A stretch of DNA of 64,000 nt from Macrostomum lignano (taxonomy: Eukaryota). Each line of letters opens with the position of its first letter. Position 1 is the first letter of the stretch. The notes under the pieces are model-generated. The model ran no database searches and was not told where the DNA came from. It saw nothing but the letters and a program-made list of their open reading frames with translations. Below are positions 1 through 28,564 of this stretch, piece after piece. Position numbers and translations under genes: made by a program. Location: positions 1 to 64,000 of the forward strand of contig NIVC01001176.1 in NCBI GenBank assembly GCA_002269645.1. Direction: 5' to 3'.

Positions 1-1065
1 AAAATATAGCTTACCCATACAGCTTATCAAGCAATCTTCCTTTCTGGCTTCAGCATACAATGAACCAAATTAGTAGTGAACATATCTATTCCCGGTATCA
101 CACACAGAATTAGCATAGCTTAATCCAAATCCTTCCAATCAAGCTAATCTACATTAAATCCAAAAGCGTTTTGTTGAAAACAATAATAAAAATGTACATA
201 TATTCAGCTTAGATGCAAAAGTATCACTAAGTTACTTTTTACTTGCACTTTTTGTTGGGGTTCTCGACTTAGTACGAGCTACTTTTTCATGAGTGGAGGA
301 AGTCTTAGAATGACTAATTAGTTAACCTAATTAGTAACAAGTATAGGGTCCAATGGTGCATAGGAATAGTCCTGCAGTACCAAGGGCATTATAAACAAAA
401 TCATATGCAAATAAAGTGATTTTTTGTGTTAAGCCTCGATGCGAAAGATCTTAAAATCTGCTTTGTGTGGAATATGGTTGGTGTTTATACAATAACATTC
501 TTGGTTTGGGTTATTATAAACAAGGTTGTAGCTTTTATAATAAAACCTTAATAGAAAAAGCAGTGCGACTCACCATTTACTCGTGCTTCATTAGACGGTA
601 TTGTTTGCGTTAAACTGTGCCTTATAAATAGCAATGAGCATACGAGCGTATATAGCCAAGTTGTCTTTAGTAAATTGTAGAATAAAATAGATACTAAATT
701 GACTCCAGTATTTTTATGAAAAAACAAATTGATTTAAAAAAACACAGTAAGTGGAGCGCAGGCCCTAACCCTAGCGGAGATACGTGGATATGAAGTTTAA
801 TTTCAGATATTTGGTCCATTGCTTATTTTTCGAAGGTATGACGTGTCGGAGTTATATAAAGAAATTGCTTTTCGGAGAAAATGAATTTTCGGTATCAAAC
901 TTCGGAATATGCATTCGGAGAAAATTGGATTAAAGTGACCTGGAACTAAAGCGGCTTTGAATGAAATAACTCATGGTCTCTGCGCTCTAGATATGCAGTT
1001 GCAAGCATCAGCGGCTGCTATTGGCAGTAGTTAAGTTTTTAATAGAAAAATAATAAAATGCAACA

Positions 1066-1312
1066 AAGGCGCTGTAGCATATGGTTGAAAGTTCCGGGAT
1101 TCGATTCTCGACCACTCGACACAATTTGTGTCCTTGAGCAAGACACTTAACTCTGCATTGCGCAGTTCACCCGCTGTAAAATGGGTGCCAGCATTAGCTG
1201 GGGTAATTGAGGCTGTGTGGCGACCCCCCAGTCCTTGACTGAACAGCCGTACGCAGCCTTCAGATGCTGTCGGTTGCACATCTGCCTATTAGAGCAGGTG
1301 TAATAAAAATTA
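1066..1312 (+). mobile_element. Second copy of the tRNA-derived SINE, with a shortened head
   Basis: tagcatatggtt...gggattcgattc head. gtgtccttgagcaagacacttaactctgcattgc...ctgtaaaatgggtgccagcattagctgggg and cagccgtacgcagccttcagatg are shared with 55270-55460. A-rich tail. Confidence 0.75.
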
Positions 1313-1705
1313 AAACAAATGAAGTATCCGATTATGCATTTGATATAGGATATCAACAAAATGTGTCCACTCTGAAAGTGAACAAACTGTATATAGCACG
1401 TTTATATAGCCATTACCACGGCAAGTAAGCGGTAGGAACTTGCTTATAAATTAAATATTAGGCGTCTGCATACAGATATAGGAGGAAAAATCGCAAATCA
1501 ACCATGCAAGACTTGAATTTGAATCGAATTGAAATACTACTCATAGTTATCTGTAACTAAGTAGTATCGTTATATGACACCAAATCACTATAGAACTGAA
1601 TAAACAGCAGTAAATAAGATTAATAGTGAAACAAAAATTTATGCACTTACATGTATTTACACAAAATAAAAAATAATTGCAAAATAGTTAACCAAAGTAC
1701 TAATC

Positions 1706-2100
1706 ACAGATGGCCACTCAGGCACATACTTAGTAAAACAGTTTTCTACTTTCAGTTCAGTAGCAAAGAAGAATACATAAGCTATTTTATAATAATAAAG
1801 GCAGCTGAAATGACTTTGATAAGTTTAGAAGCCAAGCTTGCAGGCGTAAACAACTTGCTAATTGGTTCAGCAATAATGTACATGCCAGTCCACCGAAATG
1901 TACATGGCAGCTTTAGGCTGCAATTCCGAGAAAGGCAATAAAAATTGGGAGGGTAAAGTGGAAAGGCGCTATTGGAGGGTTTAGCTGGGGGTCAGGGCAA
2001 TAAATGAACCTTGGCTTTAAAAAATACATTAAAATGCTTCTGTTTAACTTACTACTGGAACTGAAAGTAGCATACACGCAAATGCGCTGAGTGGCCGTGT
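1706..2100 (+). mobile_element. MITE, ~390 bp, TIR core GGCCACTCAG
   Basis: ggccactcag (1712) ... ctgagtggcc (2096). The interior is the reverse complement of 47490-47895. Confidence 0.7.
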
Positions 2101-2752
2101 ATATGTGGTGCTAAATTATACAAAAAAATACATGCTGATTAAATTTTTTCTCACATGCGGTGAGCTATCAGTACGGGAAAAATAGGCAATTTGTAGAAAG
2201 ACCAGAAATCGTACTCAACACTAAGCAGGTTCTCATCCTTCAGGCTTTTTCACTTTAGTAGTAACATAAAATTCGCAGTGTACTGTCATATACAGAAGAA
2301 GAAAAATGGTGAGACGTGCAAAGGCTCCAAACCAAAGCTTCAACAGTCAGTGCATGCAAGTATTAAATTGAGATGAGATGTACATTCTTAAAAATAGTTC
2401 AAACTGTACACTCGTGATAATGATGGCGTAAAACTTCCCTTACTTTGGTCCCTAAACAGAATACGAACTCAATGACACACTAAGACGTCACTTTCTTCGG
2501 CTCAAAATCAATGAATATTGATCTGTGGCCATGTTTAGAACTTTACCAATGTAGAATCTTTACTATAGCAGTCTGTTTCTCGCTAGGAGTTGCTATTTTT
2601 GCCAAAGAAATAATTTGTCAAAAATTATATATTGAGAGAGGTATAAAAAAAGTGTACTTTTATCTGGCTTACAGGCAGTTTATCCTCTAGATAGGTGCAA
2701 GCTAAAAATAATTTATATAGAAAGCATTGTTTACAAAAAACACTGATTTGGG

Positions 2753-16462
<13,710 letters not shown>

Positions 16463-18332
16463 TACTATTAGAGTATTTTATATAAGATAGCTGAAATATA
16501 TATTTATAGTATTTATTTAAAATAGACCAGGAATTAGCAGTAGCAAACCTGGCAACCAGGCCTATGTGGGAATATTAGAACTAAATGATGAAATTTAGTA
16601 GATTTACTAATGAGACAGAGAATGTAGTAAAATGTCACAAAGGAAATACGTCAATTTAACAATCTAGCTTGACAGACCGTTTTCAAAACTGGTTTGAACT
16701 TGAAAAAATTGTAGGAAAAATTGTGAGGCTGAATCTTTTTAATTAAAAAACCGTGTGACAAGTAAGAAATGAAAGCATTAAAACATTTAAAGTAAAAATC
16801 TAACAATAAAAATCAGTAAAAAAATTCCGATTAGCTTCTATGAGTATTTTATTAACACAACTAATACAAAATCACCTATTCATAATACATACATGTATAA
16901 TATGCAAGATAGTTTCAAAAAGCAACCGAGATTTAAGAAATCCTGACAGACGAGACAAGCTCTAAGGGACGTCGCCAAGGATTTTATGGTGGGGGACAAA
17001 GCCGAGAATTTTACATGACTAAATTCATACATTATTTTGAAATCAGCGTTGTTAGTACTCATTTTGGCGAAGCATGCACTGAATTTAGCGCCGCAGACAC
17101 TCATTTTGTTGCAGCAGGCACTAATTTTGACGCCAGCGGCACTCATTTTGGCGATGCAGGCACTCCGAAGTTGCGAATGCATTTTATAGTCCAACTGGTG
17201 CTCGGATGGCTCGCTGCAGAGCCGCGGCCCGGTCACGATGCCGGCTGGTCCTAAAGACGTATGCCGACTTTGGAATCGACAGTAGCAGCTCCCCCATTTG
17301 AACCTGGGATATGACGCGGCGTGAATTGGATTTGGTAAAGGTCGCGTACATGGCCGACGGAGTGGTGGGTGATGACGGAATGCAGGAGAGACCACAGCTG
17401 AGGATGTCCAGCAGTTGAGGTTTGCCATGCACTTTCGAGGCTTGATCAGATCGAGAAACTAGAGAAATTCGCGACAGGATGTTCATGGTCACATGGTGCC
17501 ACAGCTATTGAAGGTTCAGAAGCTTCACCTCGGGGAAGCCTAGTAACCAACGAAGTCCGATGGAGACACAAGAGGTCGCTGTGCTGATGAAATTTAGAGG
17601 CTTGGCAAGACTGCACTGAGGCGCAGTGCTGATTGGCGCACTAGCGCTTATGGGAAAAATCCGATCTTCTGGCAGAATTGTTGAATATCTCGACGGTCCG
17701 GAGAGCTGGCGACTTGGTTCTTCTTTGAGAAGGTGCGCAATAAAAAGTTTGTATGCGTTCTTGAATTTCGTGTCTCAGCGTTGGTTTGTTCCAGTGCAGC
17801 AAAAAATTCAGGGGAATTTCTATGTAGTAGTCCTTACTGTTGAATATTTGAAAAATGCTTTCAAATGCCAAGCAGATTTTTTCGAATATGAATGCGAAGA
17901 AAAAACTTGACTGACTTAATTCTGATTCAGATAAAGCTTGATTGCATCGCAGCTGGCTCAGCTCTATTTATCCTCAATTTACGGCTGACTCCGATCTGAA
18001 TTACGTCACAGTGTGGAAAACACAGTTAGGGAAGCACAGACTGCATGACTGCATCGCAACTTAGACTTGATTATTTGCGACTAATACTGACTGACAAATC
18101 GTTTACGTCATAACTGCTTGCTTCCTGGGACTTTCACTTTTACCGACTTGATGTGAGCATTGAATTATACATGTAAGTGCTACTACAATTCATGTCATCG
18201 ATTCGATGGGAGCTAACCTTGGATGTGAACATACTAATGCAGCGGACCTGGGTTCGAATTTTAATAGTATAATTTTTTTATGTATAGCTTTTTTAAAGTG
18301 AAGTCAACTTAACGAAAAAAGAATAAAATTAT

Positions 18333-19693
18333 TGATGGGTTTCGACCTTTTCGGCTCCTTTGTGGAAGCCTTCGGGCCTCAGGTCTCAGAAATAAATCAA
18401 TTAGAGTCCTGGCCCCCACTCCTGTCAGATGGTCAGCCCCATGGTAGCTTGATCGTGTGGCGAGCAGTCTAGGTCCTATAGCTAAGAGAGGGACAGCGAG
18501 AGACAAGCAGGGAGAATTTTGAAGGTAGAGATCAGCTAATCCACAGATTAACTAACCCGCTGCCACCAGCAGCCCGTGCGTCCTGGCTCACCAAACCGGG
18601 ACTTTCGAAATCGGGCTTCCAACTGAAGGGGCTTAGCACTTACCTGCCAACTAGTTTCTTTTTGCAGTCAATCTCGAAGTCATAGCCGATGTTAAGGGAC
18701 ACTGCTGGGACTCGATCGCATTGGCCATGCAGGTACAGAGGGGACTTGTGCAGGGGATTCTTGCAGTGGCGAGACTATAGCGTTGTTACATGTACTATTA
18801 CACTGCTAAATACGAGAAATTGTACTTTTGGCCTTCAAAGCGCCGACCAGCCTCTCGTAGCGCTGATGATAGGCTAACTCGAACATCAGAGACCGCATGA
18901 TTCACTACCCGAGCCGCTTGGCGAATCTAGAGTGCACATGAGTACATCTCTAGCGCCGATTCTGCACTATTGGCAACTTCGCTAACTGATTTGATAGATT
19001 GATCGACTGAGAACTGCCTTGCCATTGGTCCACTGTAACCGGCGCCTACTAGCTTAGTAGCTTATCTGAGCCATCGGCGAACAAAGAAATAAAACCGATG
19101 AAAATAGCTGTCAGATTTAACCTTCTCCTTAGTTCACTTCACACTTCAGATTGAATTGGAGTTTCAGACTACTAGCAGTATTATTGAATGATCTCTGCCT
19201 CAAAAACAGCACTACTGAACAAATTGAGCAAAAGTGTGCGCATGATCCAGCTACTGAAATAGGGGACAGATAAGGAATCAGCCAATCAAGCAAGTCTAGG
19301 TAGCCTCTCACCCAACCAATCAGAAACTCAACAGCCGGAGACCAGGTAATCCACAGTGACCGAATCGGCTTAGGCCTTCGCAGCTGTAGGCCCGGGATGA
19401 TGCTTGATGTCACAACCTTCGCAAATAGCTAGCAGGTGATGTTCTTAATCTTGATCTTCGCTGCTGACGACCGGGGGGATTCGTCCTTGATGATGATGGG
19501 GGGAGTCGCGATCCGGGGATCAAGAGACGACGGTCGAGCTCCGGGAGGTCTAAGTTAGGCCAAAGTCCCAGGAGGCGGAGCAGGAGGTTGAGTCCGAGCG
19601 GGCCAAAAACACCGGTTTTTATAGCCGCCAACTGGACCGCAATTTGCTAAAATGGAACACCTCGACGCTGATTGGCTGAGCCGATTTGTTATA
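18333..19693 (-). mobile_element. Unclassified interspersed repeat (long copy) with CCAAT/TATA-like 5' end and a conserved GT-AG intron
   Basis: 18333-18785 and 19587-19693 match 29635-30182 closely. On the minus strand: agccaatcag at about 19670, ctataaaaa at about 19620, donor ggcag/GTAAGT at 18643, and a polypyrimidine tract with AG acceptor at 18482. Confidence 0.6.
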
Positions 19694-20459
19694 AAGATTT
19701 GATTTGATTTGTCGAATTTTCTGATTGGCTGAGCTTGTTGCCACCCAAACTCACGTGTCCAGAAGATCCTATCAGTTCCCTCGGGGCCATAAAAATACAA
19801 GTGCGGTCATAAATCACTCAAAATCACTACATAATGATTTATGACCATTATTTCCTTTTATCACCATTTATGACTATTTGTCATTCGTACGTCGTAAGAG
19901 TCGTAAGAAGTCGTATGAAGTCGTAAGAATCAGTCTTGCGTTTTGTCGTAAGAATCATTCTTGCGTTTTGTCGTAAGAATGACAAAAATTAATGAAAAAA
20001 TATACATTAGAAAGTGAAGATAATGAAGAGAAATCGCTAATCGCTAATCCCAACGTACTTTTAGGGGTAAAACGCATAGTTGTCAAAGCTGTCACACGCT
20101 TGAGTAAACACGAACAATAGGCCGCCCTGACCTCATAAATCTTGATGGCCTGTCAAAATGATGAGAAAAAAGCTACCGCCCGCATCCTCTCAGACCATCT
20201 AGCGCCAGTCTCAGCATTGAGTGAGGCGCAGGTGGCTGTCAGACCAGCTCGAAAGCAATGATTTATGACCCAAAAGCCGCACCTATGTTATTATAACTAC
20301 AAGTATGGCAAAATCATATAACTAGTACGAATTCTAGGAAAATTACATAAAGAGAAGAAAAAATGCCCATAGCCTGTTGTTAGTAGGCTAGTAAGTTTGG
20401 AGCCCATGTGCGAGCGTGAAGTTTGGAAAAAAAAGTGCGTCCTCATCATTATGATCGCC

Positions 20460-22070
20460 ATGTCAACCATAAAAAAGCGCTTTGGAAACTCAAAAGAAGC
20501 GCCAAGTCAACCGGAAAAGAAGCGTCATGTAAACCATGAAATAAGTGTCATGTAAACCATGAAATATGTGTCATGTAAACCATTAAATAAGTGTCATGTA
20601 AACCATGAGATAAGTGTCATGTAAACCATTAAATAAGTGTCATGTAAATCATGAAAGAAGCGTTATGTAAATCATGAAAGAAGCATCATGTAAACCATGA
20701 AAGAAGCGTTTTGTAAACCATGAAAGAAGCGTCATGTAAACCATGAAAGAAGCGTCATGTAAACCATGAAAGAAGTGTCATGTAAATCATGAAAGAAGCG
20801 TCATGTAAATCATGAAATAAGTGTCATGTAAATCATGAAATAAGTGTCATGTAAACCATGAAAGAAGCGTCATGTAAACCATAAAAGAAGCGTCATGTAA
20901 CCCCGCTGATTTTGAAGCAACCTCACTGGTATACCAAACTGTCTCACAGAAAATCTCACATGTCTTAAGCTAATGGCCATATGGCGAATGTAAAATGGGA
21001 AAAAATGAATGCAAAAGTCTCACATTGTTTTATTGCAGACTAAGTCACATGATAAAGCCGGCACCACTATAAGCTGCGCTTGATTGTTTCCGCTAACTGA
21101 TGCAGAAATTCAGTGCTATCGGGCTTACATGTAGTTAGCTACAGAAAAATTCATACCAGAAAGGAAGAAGTATGGAGTAAGTGTTTTCTGTTTTCTGTCT
21201 TCAATAGAAGCAGCACAGCTTCTATTGAATGAATATTGAGCACTTCTATAGTGTGGGGAAACGCTTGAGCGATGCCGACTGAGGTATGGATCAATCGACT
21301 CAGTGAACCTTATCCTTGCATGGCTGGGGTTTTCAATGAATGAACAGTACTTACTGGTAGTTAGGCCGAAGTGTGGAAAAGGAAATGGCGTAAAAAATCG
21401 TGGTCACAAAAAATTAACTCTTTTTTGGAAGTTATTAAAACACCATGTGCCACATAACAATGCGTCATGTCAAACATAAAAGAAGCGCCATATCGATCAT
21501 AAAAGTCTCATGGGGGAATTGCTGAGTTTTGTCAAGACTCATGGCAGAAATTGCTAAAGTTCAGTGGCTCAATGCTCATGGAGAATTGCTGAGATGTCAA
21601 CGCTTACGGTGGGAGTTGCTAAGATGTGACGCTCGGCAGGTTAAGGGTTAAACCATAAAAGACTCATGATTGGAATTTTTAAATGTCATAGTTCATGGGA
21701 ACTGCTTTTCAAGGCTCATGGGGGAGTTGCTGAGATGTCAAGGCTTGCTGTAATTCTGTGGCTCATGGGGGAAGTACTGGAATGCCAAAACTCATGGCAT
21801 GGGAGGGAATTGCTGAAATGCTGGGACTCTCAGCAGGGTTAGGGTTCAATTATAAAAGTATCGCCCTGTCAACCATAAACGGCTCATGGGGGAACTGCTA
21901 AGATGTTAAGGCTTGTGGGGGGATCGCTGAAATGCTGTGGCACATGGGGGAATTGCTGAGCTGTAAGGACTGATAAGAGGGATGGCTGAAATGCTGTGGC
22001 TTATCGGGAGAATTGTTGGTGTCAAGGTTCATGAAAGAGGGGGGAATTTCTGAACTGCTGCGGCATTAAC
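20460..22070 (-). repeat. Inverted, diverged copy of the same composite: minisatellite at 20480-20900 and about 21460, gctgagatgtcaaggct repeats with ggttagggtt at 21500-22070
   Basis: gaagcgtcatgtaaaccatgaa is the reverse complement of the intron-2 unit. gggggaattgctgagatgtcaaggct is the reverse complement of the 3770-4810 unit. Confidence 0.75.
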
Positions 22071-23304
22071 AAGCTTTAAGAAATTAACAATAGTGACTGT
22101 ACAAGATCAGAAGCTACATATACGAGCTAGCCTTGTGCTATTCTTCAAATACTCGTACTTTATCTGCTGTGATCTTAAGTCAGGTAGGAGATAGACAGAA
22201 ACATTGAAAGTGGTCATTTTTGGTTGTTTTGTATGCGTCACAAGGCCGTGCATACAGGCACCTTTTTTTGAAGATATACTGAAACATCCGGTTTTGGCTG
22301 TTGCATAACACTTTCACAGGCTCAAAATTTCGTGCCAATTCTGTTTTCAACGTATTTTCTTTAACTCTCTATCGTATTTTGAACTCAAATGATTTCAAAT
22401 CAGAAAATGAAAGGCAAATTTCTACCCATTACCAGTGTTAAATAACATATTTTATTTTTTATGCTATTTACATGTGCATGCGTTTCTAAAAAAGATGACA
22501 TAACTACATAATATTTACTGGAACCACGGAACAAAACGAGAAAACGAAACGGTACTCGAAAATATTCGAAATGTTTTTGTCCTAATTATTCATTACCAGA
22601 TTATACAACGAACAAGGACAACTAAAGCTACGTATATACAGGACGCGACACTTACGTTTCATGGGAAAATTTTTTGAAGGCCGCTTTTCGCAGAAATTTG
22701 CACTACAAAGATTTAAAGTTTTCACTTTTTCAGCACAAAAATTGTTATTGCTTTCGATTGTACGATTGTACGATTGTACGTAGAATAAGAAATTAACACA
22801 GAATCATAATTTTCCAAACGAAAAGCTTTATAAATATCGATAGAGATATAAAAAAGGCAAAACATATCAAAAGATAAACATTAGGTCTGCATCATATCGA
22901 AAGCAATAACCATTTTTGTGCAGAAAAATGAAAAATTCCTATCTCCCTAGTGTTTGGCGGCGAAAAGTGGCCTTCAAAATATTTTTCATAGATTTCGAGT
23001 GTTGCGTCCTTCTACTTTAGTAGTCCTTGACAGCGAACAGTCTAAATGTTAGTACATAGTGATGCTGCTATACATGTGTCCATATTTATGAGAATCAATC
23101 AATCGGTGTAGATCAAACGTTTAACTACGTTCGTATTAGTCCTCGCTGGATCCACAATTAAAGAAAGTTAATTTTTGTTTAGAAAAGCTGCAGACACAGA
23201 CCAGAAATATAAACACTACACTTAGTCTGAAACAGAAAAGAGACAATACGACAGCCAGAGTGTGCAAGAAGCTGTTTAATTTTAATTCACAAAAAGCAGT
23301 CTAA

Positions 23305-24468
23305 TTAGTGAATCTCAACGCTTTGCACGGCTTCGTATGTGATGCCGTTATTTTCCTCTTTGACAGCAGCAGCTGCATGAGTCAGCTTTGGACTTTGGAG
23401 CTCCAGCTTGCTGCCCTCCTCCTGACATCCAGTGCTTCTCTGTCGGCGACGGCTTCCCTCCGAGCGTTTGTGCCCTAGTCTGGCCTTCTGGCCCGCTCCA
23501 TTGACGCGGCGGCAGATTGTGCTGAGGCAAACTTCGAAAAAGATGGAGTTAAAAAACATGTATAGAAAGAAGTTGTGCGCCGAGTTTAGCGTGAGCAGAA
23601 AGTCCGTGATCTCGCGTACGATTCGCTGAGTGTCTGTGTTTACTTCGTGATAACCGAGGCCGTAGAGAGTCATGGCCGCGTCTGGCAAGGCGAAGGCTAT
23701 AAAAAGACAAATAACGATGACCAGCATCAGTGTGATGCGGTTGCGAGCTGCAAGGCGCCTGTTTGCCCTGGTCTTGCGCACGTTCACTATAATGCAGGCG
23801 TTTAGTACCGTCAGGATGACCAAGGGTACAATGCAACGAAAGCTTGATTGAAAATTCGAATAGGACGAGGCCAAGTATTTTGTCCAGAGTTGCGTTACGT
23901 TCAGCGTGATCTGCACAAGGCTGGAGTTAGCATCCAGCACGGGAACCTTCTCGTAGCGCAGCCCAATCGGTATGTTGACCAGTAGAACCAGGATGCAGAT
24001 TAGGGTACTGGCCAGCGCTGCCTTGCCGACAGTTAGGGCGCCTCGGCAGGAGGTTGGAAAAACTACCATGAGGAAACGCTCAAAAGCAACGGCCACCGTC
24101 ATCCAGGCTGCGACAGTGGAGGCGTACTGGGACAGGAAATAACCCGCCTGGTAGTAGTTCACATAGATCACATCTTCGCTGCCAGCAAAGAAGTACTTAC
24201 AGATGACACTAGGAGTGTACATCAGATCGTTAACTAGCTTCATGAGATCGCCGAAAGCAAGCGTCAATAAGTAGATGTTAGTTGAAGTGCGCATCTTTCG
24301 TTTAGCAAAAACCAGCACGCACAGGATGTTGCAGACGATGCCAATTAGGCACACCAAAGGCACCAGGCCAAGCCCGATCAGCATCTGCACCCACCGGTAC
24401 GCCAGCTGATTACGGTTGGCACTGGAACTGGAGCTGGACGCTTTGTCGCTGTTGTTAGCCATCTCCAT
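23305..24468 (-). CDS. Intronless class A (rhodopsin-like) GPCR, FMRFamide/myosuppressin/sex-peptide-receptor-like peptide receptor, 387 aa
   Basis: Single ORF with 7 hydrophobic segments. Motifs: TM1 GIVCN, KMRTSTNIYLLTLAFGD (TM2), AVAFERF in place of DRY, and TM7 NSAHNFFLY in place of NPxxY. These variants are typical of the invertebrate FMRFaR/MIP/myosuppressin receptor group. Confidence 0.9.
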   Translation of the reverse strand: MEMANNSDKASSSSSSANRNQLAYRWVQMLIGLGLVPLVCLIGIVCNILCVLVFAKRKMRTSTNIYLLTLAFGDLMKLVNDLMYTPSVICKYFFAGSEDVIYVNYYQAGYFLSQYASTVAAWMTVAVAFERFLMVVFPTSCRGALTVGKAALASTLICILVLLVNIPIGLRYEKVPVLDANSSLVQITLNVTQLWTKYLASSYSNFQSSFRCIVPLVILTVLNACIIVNVRKTRANRRLAARNRITLMLVIVICLFIAFALPDAAMTLYGLGYHEVNTDTQRIVREITDFLLTLNSAHNFFLYMFFNSIFFEVCLSTICRRVNGAGQKARLGHKRSEGSRRRQRSTGCQEEGSKLELQSPKLTHAAAAVKEENNGITYEAVQSVEIH

Positions 24469-26022
24469 GATTGCTATTTCAAATCCGAACCAAAGCAGAG
24501 AGAGTTCTTTCTCGTTTGCAATGAGTCAATTTATGGGAGTGGGTTTTGCCAGGCTGGGAAGAATTTGTAGAGGACTTCCGATTGGTTTGTGCAACTGTGG
24601 CGACTCAATGAGTTTTAGCCAACGGGAGGCATTCAGCAAATTCAGTCTGGCAGCATCCACTGGCAGTATTCACTAGCATTTTGAAATTGGTAGTGTTTCC
24701 CTCATGCATACAGATTTCCTCTGCGATAAAAAGTAAATCTCTACGTCTCATTCAATTCATTTAATTTTTCATTATGTACCGGTAATCCTCACCTCTCTAG
24801 CGCTGCATGGTTGCAAGTATTTGGTTGCAAACTTTTAGCGGCTTTGTAGCATTACCTCAAAAATGTACTATACCGGTACATGTACAGCGGAACGTTTCCC
24901 CGATATCCCAATCACAATGCTCGACAGCGTTATGGAGACAATTCTACAATCAAGGAGAAATTCACTTCAACGTACGAGAGTACGCTGTGGATAATGCCCC
25001 CCCCTCCAAATCCAATATCGCTGCTTGTCAGTTGAAAAGACGGTTTAGCGTCAATGGCCATGAAGAATTGCAACTCGACAAGTCCCGACACAGATGAGAC
25101 ATGCGTCTGTTACACTGGCGATGGGTGAAGCTATTAATTCGCGACATGTTTTCCTAATTAGGTTGTGTAAATCCTAAGCAGCTAGTCAAAAGGATTCATA
25201 CCTCTTGATTAGATGTCCTGCGTCATGCGCAGAAACTGCCTCTGCGAATCTGAGCAGAAAGATTGCTAGCAACAGCAGAAATCCTACAAATCCTCTTAAA
25301 GTTGGTGACAGCAGGTGTCGTTGGAGGCAGAAAACAGCTCTCGAAAATGGTATATTAACCATGCATGTAGCCTGCTGGACGCGAAGAAAACTGACAGAAT
25401 GTCTCAGTCTCAGGTGTGGAAGCTAGCTCATCCGCCCGCCGCCAGTGACAGTATCAGAGTCCTTGCGCTTGCAATGACGGGTAGCGATTCTTTGCACCTA
25501 TTTCAGCAAGCATCTCATTTTCTTCGAGAAATACAGGTCTTGATATACTTTAAAGTTATTTAATGAAGCCTACTAAATTATAGCCGAACTTGCGTCTTTC
25601 ACGTTGCGAGCTCGTAGTAGTGCTGTGGGAGCATTGAGAGCGAAAATTCGTCAGTGAAACTATTTGCGCCAGTTTTAGAAAACATAATTTCTGTCTGCCT
25701 TCCTTTTTCTATAGTAGCATATATTGCTTCGACAGGAATTTTCTAAAAGATTATTGACGGTATTCAAAGATCACTTCCATTAAGACAGTTGCGCTTTAAA
25801 CGGACGGAGTATCCATCAAAGACCACTCAAGTAGAAGGACGGGAAACTACGTTTCTTGGAAACTTTAGCAAGCAGGTTTATTGCCCGTCGAAAACGAGGG
25901 TTAATATAAGGGGTTAATTAACTAATAGCTTAAATGTTAATTAACGTGATTGTACGTGAACAAACGTTACTATTTATGAGTTTGGTAACCGAAATTAACC
26001 TACAAAGCGACAGTGGCAAATT

Positions 26023-26147
26023 AAATTATGGGTTCGGAGACTAGTACTTGCAATTAAAGCAACTGGAAATAAAAAACGCGAGACTCTTGTCTTGGTCTTT
26101 ATTTAAATTGCATTCACTGGCTCAACGAAATTCAATAGACAGAGATT
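26023..26147 (-). mobile_element. Second, eroded copy of the same LTR-like sequence (candidate 3' LTR or solo LTR)
   Basis: aaattatgggttcggagac.agtacttgcaatt...tttatttaaattgcattcac.ggctca...tagacagagatt is shared with 29421-29567 in the same orientation. Terminal TG/CA and a PPT are not visible. Confidence 0.5.
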
Positions 26148-26249
26148 CAATTCAATAGTTCAATAAAATTAATAATTAATAATTGAAGAATTATTTCAAT
26201 TCAATAATTTAATTCAATAGCCAGGGATGGGTGCTGCACTGGCCAACAC

Positions 26250-26253
<4 letters not shown>

Positions 26254-26338
<85 letters not shown>
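26254..26338. repeat. (AG)n microsatellite at the PLE 3' junction
   Basis: Direct inspection. Confidence 0.98.
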
Positions 26339-28401
<2,063 letters not shown>

Positions 28402-28564
28402 CTGCTCTCATCCTTCTTTGTGCCGATGTCCATGGCAGAATTACCTGTTACCTACAAGGCAAGGACCTGCTTACTTTGTTCCGTTTATGTTTATGTCTAT
28501 GGGCAAAACCAAGTCAACTGCTGACAAAAGCAATGCTGCGCACACAGATGTTTGTAGTAAGTAG

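Noticed and set aside
16880-17428. 182-aa ORF with SACxAKM heptads as a coiled-coil or repeat protein
   Set aside because: The 21-bp units conserve identical nucleotides with no synonymous variation, and both strands are open, so it is more likely a DNA-level repeat.
18190-18265. tRNA-like B box (ggttcgaat)
   Set aside because: No matching A box or cloverleaf. At most a decayed SINE remnant.
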